Assembly: GCA_963697165.1 (NCBI GenBank)
Contig: CAVOMX010000002.1
Coordinates: forward strand, 1 to 28,759
DNA length: 28,759 nt
Direction: 5' to 3'
Source: Candidatus Bathyarchaeota archaeon
Lineage (GTDB): Archaea > Thermoproteota > Bathyarchaeia > Bathyarchaeales > Bathyarchaeaceae
This document shows, piece by piece, positions 28,562 to 28,759 of this stretch. Under the pieces are notes generated by a model. It was not told the origin of the DNA, searched no databases, and worked only from the letters and a program-made list of their open reading frames with translations. The first letter of the stretch is position 1; every line of letters begins with the position of its first letter. The translations under genes were made by a program, and so were the position numbers.

Positions 28562-28759
28562 ATGACTGCTTGCACCATGTGTGAAAGGAACGAAGCCGTT
28601 TTTGGGCGTAGCTATTCTGGGGAGAATCTTTGTGGAAGATGCTTCTGCAGAACCGTCGAAGATAAGGTGCGAAAAACTATCTCAAAATATAAGATGCTTG
28701 GACATAAGGCCAATTTTATGGTGGCTGTCTCCGGAGGCAAAGACAGTGTTACCCTACTT
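28562..28759 (+). CDS. tRNA 2-thiolation protein (TtuA/Ncs6-like), 5' part, truncated by the window end
   Basis: MTACTMC...YSGENLCGRCF...KVRKTISKYKML...VAVSGGKDSVTLL: a zinc finger followed by a PP-loop. Confidence 0.88.
   Translation, partial: MTACTMCERNEAVFGRSYSGENLCGRCFCRTVEDKVRKTISKYKMLGHKANFMVAVSGGKDSVTLL

Noticed and set aside
1..28759. tRNA, rRNA, transposase or integrase genes
   Set aside because: None recognised on either strand by inspection.

Overview
AT-rich archaeal chromosomal window, most likely Candidatus Bathyarchaeia. This is inferred from the DGGGP synthase, the ApgM-type mutase, the split GMP synthase, a KKALSPVVAAIILIAV-type pilin and a CxHHFGYL...ECxxC membrane protein. 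Many conserved genes carry 1-2 nt frameshifts, which points to an unpolished long-read assembly rather than mass pseudogenisation. Housekeeping genes (apgM, UPF0282 hydrolase, DGGGPS, tRNA-binding protein, PPi-type PFK, oligoendopeptidase F, guaAB, Dph6-like, TtuA/Ncs6-like) are interleaved with accessory genes. The strongest candidate for an undescribed system is a three-gene minus-strand operon at 22581-25909. It encodes a 2-TM zinc-ribbon protein, then a 543-aa single-pass membrane protein ending in a predicted cytoplasmic tail with 10 Cys in 21 residues (CVCACATCACACACVSCACAC-AGGGVG), then an RRE/PqqD-fused radical SAM/SPASM enzyme. This looks like RiPP-type modification aimed at the tail of a membrane protein. 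Other notable features are a pilin/coiled-coil/roadblock/double-psi-barrel cluster, a rubredoxin-fused pyruvate-oxidase-like enzyme, a decayed Exo5/Cas4-like nuclease, and several families of intergenic repeats that delimit cassette-like gene modules. Family names are from motif recognition and memory; no database search was run.
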